DNA from: an uncultured delta proteobacterium
Lineage (GTDB): Bacteria > Myxococcota_A > Polyangia > Polyangiales > Polyangiaceae
Assembly: GCA_963806225.1 (NCBI GenBank)
Contig: CAWDXG010000004.1
Location: 3,264,001 to 3,328,000 of the forward strand
Reading direction: 5' to 3'
Length of the DNA stretch: 64,000 nucleotides
Shown here: positions 26,809 to 37,695 of the stretch, piece after piece
How the letters are laid out: each line of letters opens with the position of its first letter
Position numbering within the stretch: position 1 is the stretch's first letter
Notes under the pieces: model-generated
Databases searched by the model: none
Seen by the model: the letters and a program-made list of their open reading frames with translations, nothing else
What the model was told of the DNA's origin: nothing
Made by a program: the position numbers and the translations under genes

Positions 26809-28383
26809 TCAGAACCGAACGGCGACGTTCAGATGATCGTCGGGCTTGACCGTGATCGCGCGCACGGCGCGCCCCGCCTCGCCTGCGAACACGACCGTAT
26901 GCGTCCCGGCGTCCACGCGGACCGCCTTGGGCGTCGAGCCGAGCGGATGGCCGTCCACGACGACGTTCGTCGCGGGCGTCGAGCTCAGCACGAGGATCCC
27001 CTTGCCGGCCGGAGCGGCTGGCGGAGCCGGCTTGGCCGCGGGTGCGCTGTTGTGCACCGGCGCCGCAGCATGGCGGGCGACAGCGTGGTGGTAGACCGGA
27101 GCCCGGCTCGCTGCCTGCGTCGGAGCAGCCGGCAGGTTCGAAGCCTGCACCGCGCCATCGTCGTCCGGCTTGGCGTTGTCAGCGGGTGCCGGCTTGTCCT
27201 TGGCGCTATCGTCCTTTGCCACCTGCTGGTCGGCCTTCGCGGACTTGAGCGGTGAAAGCTCGAGGCGCATGACCGCGTCCTGCCCACTGTGGACAGCGAC
27301 GGCTTGCGCCGCGGTCGGGATGTAGCCCGGCGCTGTCACCTTCACGAAGTGCGAGCCGCTATCGAGCTCCTCGACGCGGCAGGGCGAGCTCTCGCAACGC
27401 TGCGCGCCATCCACGAAGACGGCCAGCCCCTTGACCGGCTGCCCCTGGGCACCCGCCACGGTCGCGACGAGCGAACCGTTGCCATGCGACGCGAAGATGG
27501 CGCCCTTGGCGCCGAGCAGACCGACCGCAAGCAGGGCTGCGGCAGCCACGCTGGCGGCAGCAACGAGACCGCGGGGCATGCGCCGCATCGGCAGCTCGAC
27601 CGGAGGCGGCGGCTGGGACAGCGCCACAGGCGGAACGCTCCCCACCGAAGGCGGCGGTTGGCCCTGGGCGATGCGATACGACGACGGCTCGGTCGGCATG
27701 CGCCGTCGGAAGGTCGCCGGACGAGGCGGCGGGGGCAGATGGCTCTCTGCCACGCTCGCCGGAATGGGAGGCAGACGCGCCGACGCCGGTTTCGGAGCAG
27801 GCAGCGCGGCTCGCTCCTCCGGCTTGATCACGCGCGTGGGCATGCTGTCCAGCTCGGCGTCATCCATCGGAATGATCGGCTGCGGTGCTGGCTTGGCTTC
27901 GGGCGCAGGCAGCGACGACTGCGCGCGCGACGGAGGCGGAGGCGCCGGAGGCAACGCGCCGGTGCGCTTGGACATCGGCGCCGGCGTTGCAACGGACGCA
28001 CGCGGAGCCGGGCTCGGCGGCGGCGTCACCTTGCGCGGAGATGAAGGAGGTGTTGCCGCGCGCGACGGAGGCGGCGTCACTGCGCGAGCAGACGGAGGCG
28101 GAGGCGGCGTCGCGCTGGACGAGGGACGAGGCGGCGCCGGCGCGCGGGACGAAGGAGGCGCCGGAGGCGCTGCAGCGCGGCTGGGCGGCGCCGGGGGCGC
28201 TGCGGCGCGGCTAGGCGGCGCCGGGGGCGCTGCGGCGCGGCTAGGCGGCGGCGGGGGCGCGCTCGCACGACGCGACACGGGAGGCGGCGGAGGCGCGCCC
28301 GGACGGGGTACGCGCGCGCTCGGCGCACGGCGCCCCGCGGGGACCAGATCGTCGAGGGTGGACTTGGTGTCGCTCTCAGCCAT
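26809..28383 (-). CDS. Pro-rich membrane protein with PEGA domains
   Basis: Pro/Ala N-terminus, TM, VFVDG...GSHFVKVTAPGY and VVVDGHPLGSTP. Confidence 0.75.
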   Translation of the reverse strand: MAESDTKSTLDDLVPAGRRAPSARVPRPGAPPPPPVSRRASAPPPPPSRAAAPPAPPSRAAAPPAPPSRAAAPPAPPSSRAPAPPRPSSSATPPPPPSARAVTPPPSRAATPPSSPRKVTPPPSPAPRASVATPAPMSKRTGALPPAPPPPSRAQSSLPAPEAKPAPQPIIPMDDAELDSMPTRVIKPEERAALPAPKPASARLPPIPASVAESHLPPPPRPATFRRRMPTEPSSYRIAQGQPPPSVGSVPPVALSQPPPPVELPMRRMPRGLVAAASVAAAALLAVGLLGAKGAIFASHGNGSLVATVAGAQGQPVKGLAVFVDGAQRCESSPCRVEELDSGSHFVKVTAPGYIPTAAQAVAVHSGQDAVMRLELSPLKSAKADQQVAKDDSAKDKPAPADNAKPDDDGAVQASNLPAAPTQAASRAPVYHHAVARHAAAPVHNSAPAAKPAPPAAPAGKGILVLSSTPATNVVVDGHPLGSTPKAVRVDAGTHTVVFAGEAGRAVRAITVKPDDHLNVAVRF

Positions 28384-28602
28384 GTCGCGCTCCTTCCACA
28401 CCGGATGCCGGACCGGATGCGACAGGGTGCCTCACGGCGAAGCGCCAGACCAGGATGAATTCTGCTGGAAATCGCTTTTTTGTGCGGCCAAATCGGAAGT
28501 TTTCCGTGGTGCCGGACGCAGAGGTGAGCGCCTGTTCCGTAGCGTGTAGGACGCTGTAGGAGAGTGTCGCCCTTCAGTGAGGCGGCGCGCACGAGCCGGA
28601 TG

Positions 28603-29682
28603 TCAGCGTCGCGGTTCGGTGAGCCCGAGCTCGCCGAGCATGCGAGCGATGCGCCGGAACTTGTCGGCGCGGCCGAGCTGCAGGAGATGTCCGCCGTGCC
28701 ACGTCTCCAGCGGCGCGTCGAAATGCCGCGCGATGCGCCGCGCGTGCGACAGCGGCGTGATGCGATCCGCTTCAGCGCCGATCACGAGCAGCCGTTCCGG
28801 AGGCAAGAGAGGCTTGCGGTGCAGCGGGCTCACCACGCGATGCACGGCATCGAGCGCGCGGTGCTGCGCCCTCTGCTCCATCGGCGTCGTGCCGAGCCGA
28901 CCATGGTCGCGGGCGAAGTCCGCGAGCGAAGCGAGCGGAATCATCGGCACGCCAAACGCCAGCTCCGGCTCGACTGTCGCGAGCAGCGCCGTGGTGTAGC
29001 CGCCGAGGCTCATCCCGATCGCGCCGACGGCCGGATGGCCGCGTTCCCCGAACCAACGGAAGAGATCGCGCAGGTCGCCCATTGCCTGACGGAAACCCTC
29101 GTTGCTTACGCGCGGGTCGCTGCCGGGGAACGGCGGCGGACGCCGCCGCCGCGCATCGCCGCGCACGCCGTGGAACGGCAGCACGAACAGCGCCACGTCG
29201 AGCCCGATGCGGTGCAGCCAGTCCACCGGCCAGACGCGTTGCTCCACGGCGTACTGACCACCGAGGTAGCCGTGGATGAGGACCGCTACCGGACGTGGCT
29301 CGTCATGCAGGAACAGACGCGCCGCCGCGATGTGGTTGTCGCGGTAGCGCAGGTAGCGCTCGGCCACGTCGGGATTGTACGGCTCGTAGTCGCTCGTCCA
29401 GGCGAGGTCCACGACTCGACCGCCCAGAAGCTGCTTCACCTGTCGCTCGTCGACGTGGATCGGCCGCGGCTCGCGGAAGAATCGCTCGCCGTCGCTGGGA
29501 TACTGCGGCGCCAGCAGCCCGAGCAGCCGGAGCCTCTCCTCGTGCGGGAGCGACTCGGACAGGTTGCGCTTCCTGGCGCGCGCGCTCTGGGCGTGCGCCG
29601 CCAGCGTCGCGGCGCGATCGAACACCGCAGCGGTACGGCCCATCGCGAATCGTGTGGCTTTCTGCAGCACGAGCCACAGCAT
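28603..29682 (-). CDS. Alpha/beta hydrolase
   Basis: LIHGY, GMSLGG nucleophile elbow, DRITP, GGH. Start may be 29643. Confidence 0.85.
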   Translation of the reverse strand: MLWLVLQKATRFAMGRTAAVFDRAATLAAHAQSARARKRNLSESLPHEERLRLLGLLAPQYPSDGERFFREPRPIHVDERQVKQLLGGRVVDLAWTSDYEPYNPDVAERYLRYRDNHIAAARLFLHDEPRPVAVLIHGYLGGQYAVEQRVWPVDWLHRIGLDVALFVLPFHGVRGDARRRRPPPFPGSDPRVSNEGFRQAMGDLRDLFRWFGERGHPAVGAIGMSLGGYTTALLATVEPELAFGVPMIPLASLADFARDHGRLGTTPMEQRAQHRALDAVHRVVSPLHRKPLLPPERLLVIGAEADRITPLSHARRIARHFDAPLETWHGGHLLQLGRADKFRRIARMLGELGLTEPRR

Positions 29683-29732
29683 AACGCATCGCGTCGGGCC
29701 GGGCGAGCGACGCACGGCGTATGCTTCGCGCG

Positions 29733-30149
29733 ATGGGCTACCGGGAGCGGCTGGACCCGCTCGTGCTCGCGCGCGAGCGCGAGGTCGAAGCGCTGACGCG
29801 CGAGATCGACGCCCGCACGCTCCTCGCACAGGCCCAAGCCACGCTTGCCCGCGCCGAGGCCGAGCTCGAGCTGGCGCGGCAGCTCCACGGCGCACAGGTA
29901 GCCCAGCTGCGCCGCCTCGACGCGCTGGCACGGGCGCACGGCAGAGCGGCGGAGCAGGACGGCAGCCTCGCTGCCGACCGCGACAACGTCGAACTCCGCC
30001 GACAGCGGCACGCGCGCGAGATCGACGAATGCGAGTCCGCACTGGCTGCCGCGCGCGAGGAGCGCGCGCGGGCTCGCGGCGTTCTCACCCAGGCGGAGCG
30101 GGAGGCCTACGAAGCCCGCCGCGAGCTGGAACGGCTTTCCAGCCCATAG
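29733..30149 (+). CDS. Coiled-coil hypothetical protein
   Basis: Ala/Glu/Arg heptad-like composition; fills the gap before the hydratase. Confidence 0.55.
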   Translation: MGYRERLDPLVLAREREVEALTREIDARTLLAQAQATLARAEAELELARQLHGAQVAQLRRLDALARAHGRAAEQDGSLAADRDNVELRRQRHAREIDECESALAAAREERARARGVLTQAEREAYEARRELERLSSP

Positions 30150-30175
30150 ACGCCGACTCTATGATGCGCTCCCTC

Positions 30176-31084
30176 ATGAGCTACGAGACGCTGCGCACCA
30201 CGACCGACGGCCCCATCGCCTTCATCACGCTGAACCGCCCCGAGCGGCTGAACACGATCGTGCCGCCGATGCCGGACGAGTTCGAGTCCGCCATCGCCGA
30301 GGCGGTGCACGACGAAGCCGTGAAGGTCATCGTGCTGCGCGGCGCGGGGCGCGCGTTCTGCGGCGGCTACGACTTCGGCCAGGGCTTCGAGCACTGGGAC
30401 CGCTACATCAACACCGACGGCAAGTGGGACCCGGGCAAGGACTTCATGTTCTCGACCGCCAAGGAACTGGCTCCGACGCAGAAGTTCATGAGCATGTGGC
30501 GCTCGCCCAAACCGGTCATCGCGCAGGTGCACGGTTGGTGCGTCGGAGGCGGGAGCGATACCGCGCTGTGTGCCGACCTCGTGATCGCGTCGGAGGACGC
30601 GCGGATCGGCACGCCGTATTCACGCATGTGGGGCGCATACCTGTCCGGCATGTGGCTCTACCGCCTCGGCCTCACGCGCGCCAAGGAGTACGCGCTCACC
30701 GGCAAGCCGCTGTCCGGACGCGAAGCGGCGGACATCGGCCTCATCAACCGCGCGGTGCCATTCGCCGAGCTGGAGAGCACCGTGCGCAAACTGGCGCTGC
30801 AGCTGGCGTCGATCCCGCTGTCGCAGCTTTCCGCCATGAAGCTGGTCGTGAACCACGCCTACGAGAACATGGGGCTGTCGAGCACGCAGACGCTCGGCCC
30901 GATCCTCGACGGGCTGATGCGCAACACGCCCGACGCGCACTCCTTCATCGAGCTCGCCGCGTCGAGCGGCGTGCGCGCCGCCGTGGAGCGCCGCGATGGA
31001 CCCTTCGGCGACTATTCGCAGGCTCCGCCCGAAGAGCAGCCCGACCCTGCGCACGTCATTCCCGTCGACCCGCCGTCGTCATGA
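30176..31084 (+). CDS. Enoyl-CoA hydratase/crotonase family
   Basis: ITLNRPERLN, AFCGGYD, KPVIAQVHGWCVGGG. Confidence 0.9.
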   Translation: MSYETLRTTTDGPIAFITLNRPERLNTIVPPMPDEFESAIAEAVHDEAVKVIVLRGAGRAFCGGYDFGQGFEHWDRYINTDGKWDPGKDFMFSTAKELAPTQKFMSMWRSPKPVIAQVHGWCVGGGSDTALCADLVIASEDARIGTPYSRMWGAYLSGMWLYRLGLTRAKEYALTGKPLSGREAADIGLINRAVPFAELESTVRKLALQLASIPLSQLSAMKLVVNHAYENMGLSSTQTLGPILDGLMRNTPDAHSFIELAASSGVRAAVERRDGPFGDYSQAPPEEQPDPAHVIPVDPPSS

Positions 31085-31163
31085 GCGCCGCGCCACATCG
31101 TGCCGTAGCGTGGTGGCGCCCATGCCACCGTGTTATGGGGAGTGTTCCCGAGGAGGGCCGGAA

Positions 31164-31427
31164 ATGAGCGAAAGAGGCGTAGAAGTCAGGGTACACGGTC
31201 AGGGGACCGTCGCCGGCGGAAAGCCCCACAAGGACGAGGCGGTCCAGGCCGCCTGCGACGCCTGCGGCGAGACGACAGACGCCGTCGTGTCCGCCGGGCC
31301 CGACGGCAAGAGCCCCTTCCTCTGCAAGTCCTGCCTCCGCGAGCGGTTGGAGCAGATCACGCTGGCCCTGTGGATGTTCCGCGAGGAGCCGAAGCAAGGC
31401 CTGCCCTGGGGAAAGATCAGCGGCTGA
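31164..31427 (+). CDS. Small Zn-finger-like protein (CxxC...CxxC)
   Basis: RBS AGGAGG; CDAC and CKSC; 9 bp upstream of preT. Confidence 0.6.
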   Translation: MSERGVEVRVHGQGTVAGGKPHKDEAVQAACDACGETTDAVVSAGPDGKSPFLCKSCLRERLEQITLALWMFREEPKQGLPWGKISG

Positions 31428-31436
31428 GAAGCAACC

Positions 31437-32744
31437 ATGAAACGACTACCAGTATCCCGCAGCGAGCGCGTTTTCTCCGACTTCAAGCCGGCGTACACCC
31501 GCGAGCAGGCCGTCATCGAGGCGAACCGCTGCCTGTTCTGCTCGGACGCGCCCTGCGTCCAGGCGTGCCCCACGCACATCGAGATCCCGCAGTTCATCCG
31601 CAAGATCGCCACGGGCAACGTCAAGGGCTCGGCGCGCACCATCTTCGACGCCAACATCCTGGGCATGAGCTGCGCGCGTGTGTGCCCGGTGGAAGTGCTC
31701 TGCGTCGGCGACTGCGTCTACAACAACATGGGCGTACCGCCGATCCAGATCGGCAAGCTGCAGCGCTACTCCACCGACCAGGCGTTCGCGGAAGGCTGGC
31801 GCTTCTTCAAGGCCGGCGCGGACACCGGCAAAAGCATCGGTCTCGTCGGCGCAGGGCCGGCGTCGCTGGCGGCCGCACACGAGCTGCGCCGCTTCGGCCA
31901 CGCCTGCACGATCTACGAGAAGCGCCAGGTCCTGGGCGGCCTGAACACCACGGGCGTCGCGCCGTACAAGATGCGGGCGGATCGCTCGGTGGACGAGGTC
32001 GAGTGGGTGCTCGGCATCGGCGGCATCGACATGCAGCTCGGCGTGGAGGTCGGCAAGAGCCCGTCGTTCGAGGAGCTGGGAAAGAAACACGACGCGGTGT
32101 TTTTCGGGGCCGGGCTCGGGCCCGACACCGCGCTCGCGGTCCCGGGCGCGGAGCTGCCGGGCGTCGAGGGCGCCGTGGATTTCATCGAACGCATAAAGCT
32201 CGGCGAGGTCTCCCTCGACGGCGTCAAGAAGGCCGTGGTAGTCGGCGGCGGCAACACGGCCATCGACTGCGTGCGCGAGCTCCGCGGCCTCGGCGTGCCG
32301 AGCGTGACGCTGCTCTACCGCGGCAAGGAAGCCGGCATGCCCGGCTACGACCACGAGTGGAGCGCGGCGAAGAACGAGCGCGTGAGCGCCGCCTTCCAGG
32401 GCCAGCCCGTGGCGTACGAAGGCAACGCCAGGGTGGAGCGCGTACGCGCAACACGCATGGACGACAAGAAGCAGCCCATCGCCGGCAGCGAGCTGGTCCT
32501 CGATGCGGATCTCGTGCTCGTCGCCATCGGCCAGTCCAAGCTCGGCCAACTGCTCTCCGGCCTCGACGGCATCGAGCTCGACCGCGGCAAGGTGGTCATC
32601 GATGCGGACGGCCGCACCGGTCGCCCCGGCTGGTTCGCGGGCGGCGACTGCGCGAACGGCGGCAAGGAAGTCGTCAACGCAGCGGCGGAAGGCAAAGCCG
32701 CGGCGCGCGCCATCCACCAGTATCTCGGAGGCGACCATGCCTGA
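31437..32744 (+). CDS. preT: Dihydropyrimidine dehydrogenase subunit PreT (GltD-like)
   Basis: [37 protein letters not shown]; overlaps preA start. Confidence 0.88.
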   Translation: MKRLPVSRSERVFSDFKPAYTREQAVIEANRCLFCSDAPCVQACPTHIEIPQFIRKIATGNVKGSARTIFDANILGMSCARVCPVEVLCVGDCVYNNMGVPPIQIGKLQRYSTDQAFAEGWRFFKAGADTGKSIGLVGAGPASLAAAHELRRFGHACTIYEKRQVLGGLNTTGVAPYKMRADRSVDEVEWVLGIGGIDMQLGVEVGKSPSFEELGKKHDAVFFGAGLGPDTALAVPGAELPGVEGAVDFIERIKLGEVSLDGVKKAVVVGGGNTAIDCVRELRGLGVPSVTLLYRGKEAGMPGYDHEWSAAKNERVSAAFQGQPVAYEGNARVERVRATRMDDKKQPIAGSELVLDADLVLVAIGQSKLGQLLSGLDGIELDRGKVVIDADGRTGRPGWFAGGDCANGGKEVVNAAAEGKAAARAIHQYLGGDHA

Positions 32745-34009
32745 TATCTCGGCGAACTGCGCGGGGATCCGCTCCCCCAACCCCTTCTGGCTGGCCTCGG
32801 CGCCGCCCACCAACTCCGGCGACCAGGTGCAGCGCGCCTTCGACGCGGGCTGGGGCGGCGCGGTGTGGAAGACACTCGGGCAGCCCATCCAGAACGTGTC
32901 CAGCCGCTTCGGCGCGGTCGGCTTCCGCGGCACGCCGGCCATCGGCTTCAACAACATCGAGCTCATCACCGACCGGCCGCTCGAGGTCAACCTCAAGGAA
33001 ATCTACGAGACCAAGAAGAAGTACCCGAAGCACGCGGTCATCGTCTCCTTGATGGTGGAGACCCAGGAGGAGTGGAAGGACATCATCAAGCGCGCTGATG
33101 GATGCGGGTGCCGACGGCCTGGAGCTGAACTTCGGCTGCCCGCACGGCATGTGCGAGCGCGGCATGGGCTCGGCCGTGGGGCAGGAGCCACAGGTCAACG
33201 AGCGCATCACGTCGTGGGCCGTCGACTACTCGCCGGTGCCGGTGCTGGTGAAGCTCACGCCGAACGTGTCGGACATCGTGCCGCACGGGCTGGCCGCCAA
33301 GCGCGGCGGCGCACACGGCGTTTCGCTCATCAACACCATCAAGAGCATCATCGGCGTCGACATCGACCGCTTCACGCTCGAGCCGCGCGTTGGAAACCTG
33401 TCGACGAACGGCGGCTACTGCGGCGCAGCGGTGAAGCCCATCGCGCTGCACATGGTGGCGGGGCTGGCGCGTACGCCCGGGTTCGGCATTCCCATCAGCG
33501 GCATCGGCGGCATCGCCAACTGGCGCGACGCCGTGGAGTTCATGCTGCTCGGCTCCTCCAGCGTGCAGGTGTGCACCGAAGTGATGCTGCGCGGCTACCG
33601 CATCGTCGAGGACATGATAGAGGGCCTCGAATCGTACATGGAGACCCACGGCTTCGACAAGCTGGACGACCTCGTCGGCAAGGCCGTGCCGAGCTTCTCC
33701 GAGTGGGGCGATCTCGATCTCAACTACGAGACCATCGCAAAGATCGACGACAAGACCTGCATCGGCTGCCAGCTCTGCGTCGTGGCCTGCCGCGACGGCG
33801 CGCACCAGTGCGTCCACCCGTCGGACAACGGCTCGCGCGTGCCGCGCATCGACGAGTCCGAGTGCGTCGGCTGCAACCTGTGCCAGATCGTCTGCCCCGT
33901 CCCCGGCTGCATCAGCATGGTCGAAGTGGAAAACGGCTTCGAGCCCGCCACCTGGAACCAGCACGTCACCCTCGAAGCCAAGCTCAGGCCCAAGAAGGGC
34001 GTGCACTAG
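32737..34009 (+). pseudogene. preA: Dihydropyrimidine dehydrogenase subunit PreA, split by a +1 frameshift near 33096 (may be an assembly error)
   Basis: NPFWLASAPP, NNIELITDR in the first frame; ELNFGCPH, KLTPNV, LINT and two ferredoxin motifs in the second. Confidence 0.88.
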
Positions 34010-34384
34010 GCGTTCCGCGGGTACCTCGCCCCGCACCGTCGCCAACCAGATCGCGGCGATCCTCCGCCGCTGAAGCTCGGCTCGCGCCGCGAGCTGGCGC
34101 GCTACTCGCCGCGCGCGTCGGCGTGAGCGCGCTGCTCGTTTGCCAGGAAAGCGCCGCCGCGCGCGCCCCCGCTCCTGGCCGGAGTGTCGCTTCCTGGAAC
34201 CGGTAGAACGACCAATTGACTATGGACCGCTCCAAAGCGATCGGGTACTTCTGGATGGCGAATCGCGGCATCGCCGTTGATTGTCGTTACCGGTGCTCGG
34301 AGACCATCCGCTCGGCAAGGGCGAAGCGCTCCGGCACGAAAGGACGAACCAGGATTGGTGCGTCCCGCTGGGAGGCTCGCCGCC

Positions 34385-37300
34385 ATGAAGCTGCGCTCGC
34401 TTGCGCTTCTCGTAGTCTCGCTGGTCGTTGTCGGGTGCGGGTCAGGTGGCGGGCCAGCGCCATCGCACGACGCGCCCGACGCCGCGGCACCCACACCAGC
34501 CACCGCGCCAGTCGTGGTCCGCGCCACCGGACATCCCGCGCTCCGCGGTGTCCTCGGTCCGCGAGCGCGCGCCGCGCGCATCCGCGCCGTACAGAACAAC
34601 GCCGGACCTCGCTTCGCGGTGCGCATGAAAGGCGATCGGGCCCGGCTTGGCGCAATTGCGCTCGGGCTCCACGGCGCATCCGCGGTGACGGCGCGGTCGG
34701 TGCGAGAAAACCGCGTCGAGCTGCAGCGGGGGCCGGACCTGACGGAGTGGTACCAACAGGGGCCGCTGGGCCTCGAGCAGGGCTTCGATGTGGCGAAGGG
34801 CAGCGCGTCGATCGTGCTGCACGTCGCGGTCACCGGCGCGGCGCCGGTGCAGGCGGGGGACGGCGAGATTGCGCTCGTCCAGGGGGCGCGCGTCGTGGCG
34901 CGGTACGGCGAGGCGTATGCGGTCGATGCGAAGGGGCGCGCGCTGGGCGTGAAGCTCGTCGCGGAGAACGGGGGGATCGAGATCCGGGTGGCGGCGCGGG
35001 GCGCGGTGTTTCCGGTGGAGATCGACCCGGTGGTGTGGGTGCAGCAGGCGGAGTTGTTGGCGAGTGACGGCGTAGCGAATGACAACCTGGCGCTGGGGGC
35101 CGCGCTATCCGGTGACACTGCGCTCGTCGGCGCCTATGGCCGTGCCAGCCTGACCGGCGCGGCCTACTTCTTCGTCCGCTCCGGCAAGACCTGGACTCAA
35201 CAACAGAAGCTCGCCGGGCCCGGAACAGGAAGCGCTTTCGGCATTTCGGTAGCGCTCTCCGGCACCACCGCCCTCGTGGGCGCTTCGAGCTATAATAACT
35301 ACACGGGCGACGCATATGTCTTCGTACGTTCCGGGACGGCGTGGAGCCGGCAGAAAATACTCCTCGCGAACGACTTTGCGCCGTCGAACTACTTCGGCTG
35401 TTCGGTGGCTGTCGCTGGCAATGACGCGCTCGTCGGCGCTACGGGCAACAACAGCTCCACCGGCGCCGCATACGTGTTCGTGCGTTCCGGCACCACCTGG
35501 ACCCAACAGGCCCAGCTTGTCGCGAGCGATGGCGTGACGGGCGACAGCTTCGGCACCACGGTGGCGCTGTCGGGAGATACCGTGCTCGTCGGCGCGGACA
35601 AGAAGAACAACCACACCGGTGCTGCCTACGTCTTCGTGCGCTCTGGCACCGCCTGGACCCAACAGAAGGAGCTGCTTGCAGGCGATGGAGCTGCGAACGA
35701 CCGATTCGGTGCGTCCGTCGCGCTCTCGGGCGACACGGCAATTGTCGGTGCGTACGACAACGCCAGTGGCCAGGGCGCGGCGTATGTCTTCGTACGCTCC
35801 GGCACATCCTGGACGCAACAGCAGAAGCTCGTCGATGGCGTGCCGCTAGGCCTTTTCGGCTACGCCGTCGCACTCGTCGGCGATGCCGCGCTGATCGGCT
35901 CGCCTGAGCAGAACAACAGAACTGGAACGAGCTACGTCTTCTTCCGCTCTGGCACCACCTGGACCCAACAGGCAGAGATCAAGGCAAACGACGGAGTCTC
36001 CAACGACGTTTTCGGCAAGTCGGCCGCACTCGCTGGTGACACGGCGCTGTTCGGCGCTCCAGGCAAGAACGGGAATGCCGGTGCGGCGTACGTCTCCGTC
36101 CTCACCTATCCGAACAGCAGCGCATGCCCCACCGGTGGCCAGACGTTCTGCGCCAGCGGCTTCTGCGCCGACGGCTACTGCTGCGACAGCGCTTGCAACC
36201 AGCCGTGCCAGACCTGCTCCGCAACGCCCGGCACGTGCACCCCGGTAACAAAGGGCACCGCCAGCACGTGCGGGGCCTACGTGTGCGACGGCGCAAACGG
36301 GGCGTGCCCATCGGCGTGTACCGATGACTCGAACTGCGCCACCGGCTACTACTGCAACGCCAACGGCAGCTGCGTCGCGCAGAAAGCTCAAGGGAAAAGC
36401 TGCAACGCCAGTGGCGACTGCAAGACCGCCGGCTGTCGGGTGTGTTCGACCGGCAACTGCGTCGACAACGTCTGCTGCGACACCGCCTGCAACGGCACCT
36501 GCGAGGCCTGCACCGGTGCGAAGAAAGGCTCCGGCACCGACGGCACCTGCAGCACCGTCGCCGACGGTACCGACCCGGACAGCGAGTGCGCGCCCAACAT
36601 GTGCCACGCCGGCCAGTGCGCTTCCAGCTGCACGACGAGCGCGGACTGCACGCAGGGAACGGTATGCGTTGGCGGTGGCTGCATCACACCTGCGGCGCAG
36701 GGCGCGACGTGCACCAGCAACCTCGCGTGCCAGAGCGGCAACTGCGTCGACGGCGTCTGCTGCGACACGACCTGCACCGGCCAGTGCGAAGCCTGTGACG
36801 GGCCGACGAAGGGCACGTGCTCACCGATCACGGGACAGCCGCATGGAACGGTCCGAGCGCCGTGCAAGGGCGACGGCTCGAAGTGCAGCGGGGCCTGCGA
36901 CGGCAAGGACCGCACGCAGTGCCAGTACCTGGCCGCCGGCAAGGTGTGCGGCACGGATTCGTGCTCCAACGGCTCGGCGCAGACTTCGGCGTGCGACGGG
37001 CAGGGCACGTGCGCGGCGGAGAAGGCGCAGCCGTGCAGCCCCTACGTCTGCGGCGCGGACGCCTGCCTCGCCACCTGCACCAAGGACACGGACTGCGCGA
37101 CCGGGTACGAGTGCAAGAGCGGCGCCTGCACGCCCGCCAGCGGCGCCCACTGCTCCACGGACGGAAATAGCTCGATCAAGGCGGACGGCACCGAGGTGCC
37201 GTGCGGCGTATACACCTGCGACCCGACTTCCGGCGCCTGCAACAAGGTGTGCAGCAACGGCTCGACCGACTGCGCGACGGGCTACGCCTGCGACCCCACC

Positions 37301-37447
37301 AGCAAGACCTGTGTCAAGACGAGCGGAGGTAGCAGCAACAGCTCCGGCGGCTGCGGCTGTCGCGCCGCCGGCGGTACGCGAAGCAGCGGCGCGCCCTGGC
37401 TGCTGCTGCTCGGCGTCGGGCTGCTTGTCGCGCGGCGGCGGCGCTAG
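34385..37447 (+). CDS. FG-GAP beta-propeller / Cys-rich surface protein with MYXO-CTERM
   Basis: RBS GGAGG; lipobox VVGC; seven AYVFVRSGTTWTQQ-type blades; C-terminal GGCGC...PWLLLLGVGLLVARRRR. Confidence 0.88.
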   Translation: MKLRSLALLVVSLVVVGCGSGGGPAPSHDAPDAAAPTPATAPVVVRATGHPALRGVLGPRARAARIRAVQNNAGPRFAVRMKGDRARLGAIALGLHGASAVTARSVRENRVELQRGPDLTEWYQQGPLGLEQGFDVAKGSASIVLHVAVTGAAPVQAGDGEIALVQGARVVARYGEAYAVDAKGRALGVKLVAENGGIEIRVAARGAVFPVEIDPVVWVQQAELLASDGVANDNLALGAALSGDTALVGAYGRASLTGAAYFFVRSGKTWTQQQKLAGPGTGSAFGISVALSGTTALVGASSYNNYTGDAYVFVRSGTAWSRQKILLANDFAPSNYFGCSVAVAGNDALVGATGNNSSTGAAYVFVRSGTTWTQQAQLVASDGVTGDSFGTTVALSGDTVLVGADKKNNHTGAAYVFVRSGTAWTQQKELLAGDGAANDRFGASVALSGDTAIVGAYDNASGQGAAYVFVRSGTSWTQQQKLVDGVPLGLFGYAVALVGDAALIGSPEQNNRTGTSYVFFRSGTTWTQQAEIKANDGVSNDVFGKSAALAGDTALFGAPGKNGNAGAAYVSVLTYPNSSACPTGGQTFCASGFCADGYCCDSACNQPCQTCSATPGTCTPVTKGTASTCGAYVCDGANGACPSACTDDSNCATGYYCNANGSCVAQKAQGKSCNASGDCKTAGCRVCSTGNCVDNVCCDTACNGTCEACTGAKKGSGTDGTCSTVADGTDPDSECAPNMCHAGQCASSCTTSADCTQGTVCVGGGCITPAAQGATCTSNLACQSGNCVDGVCCDTTCTGQCEACDGPTKGTCSPITGQPHGTVRAPCKGDGSKCSGACDGKDRTQCQYLAAGKVCGTDSCSNGSAQTSACDGQGTCAAEKAQPCSPYVCGADACLATCTKDTDCATGYECKSGACTPASGAHCSTDGNSSIKADGTEVPCGVYTCDPTSGACNKVCSNGSTDCATGYACDPTSKTCVKTSGGSSNSSGGCGCRAAGGTRSSGAPWLLLLGVGLLVARRRR

Positions 37448-37695
37448 CATCGCGGCGCGGAACGCAGCCGTCGAATCCGCGAACGAGTGGAAGTCGAGCT
37501 CGGGCTACGGCACCTACCTCGACGCGCTCCACGCCGCGTTCAGCACCCCGTAGGCATTGGGCGCCGGGCCGTTCGCCGTCCGATCGCGCAGAGCCCGGGC
37601 ATCCTTCCCGTTGCTGTGGTTGAATGCTGGTCAAGGGGGCCACGCTGCGCCGCGGCGTGCCGGCGCCCCCGGACCTTTCGACCACGGAGACGAAC

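Noticed and set aside
33085..33110. Programmed frameshift in preA
   Set aside because: No slippery heptamer or homopolymer at the site.
34140..34310. Lower-GC intergenic stretch as a gene or ncRNA
   Set aside because: No convincing ORF, RBS or stem structure found; possibly promoter or remnant.
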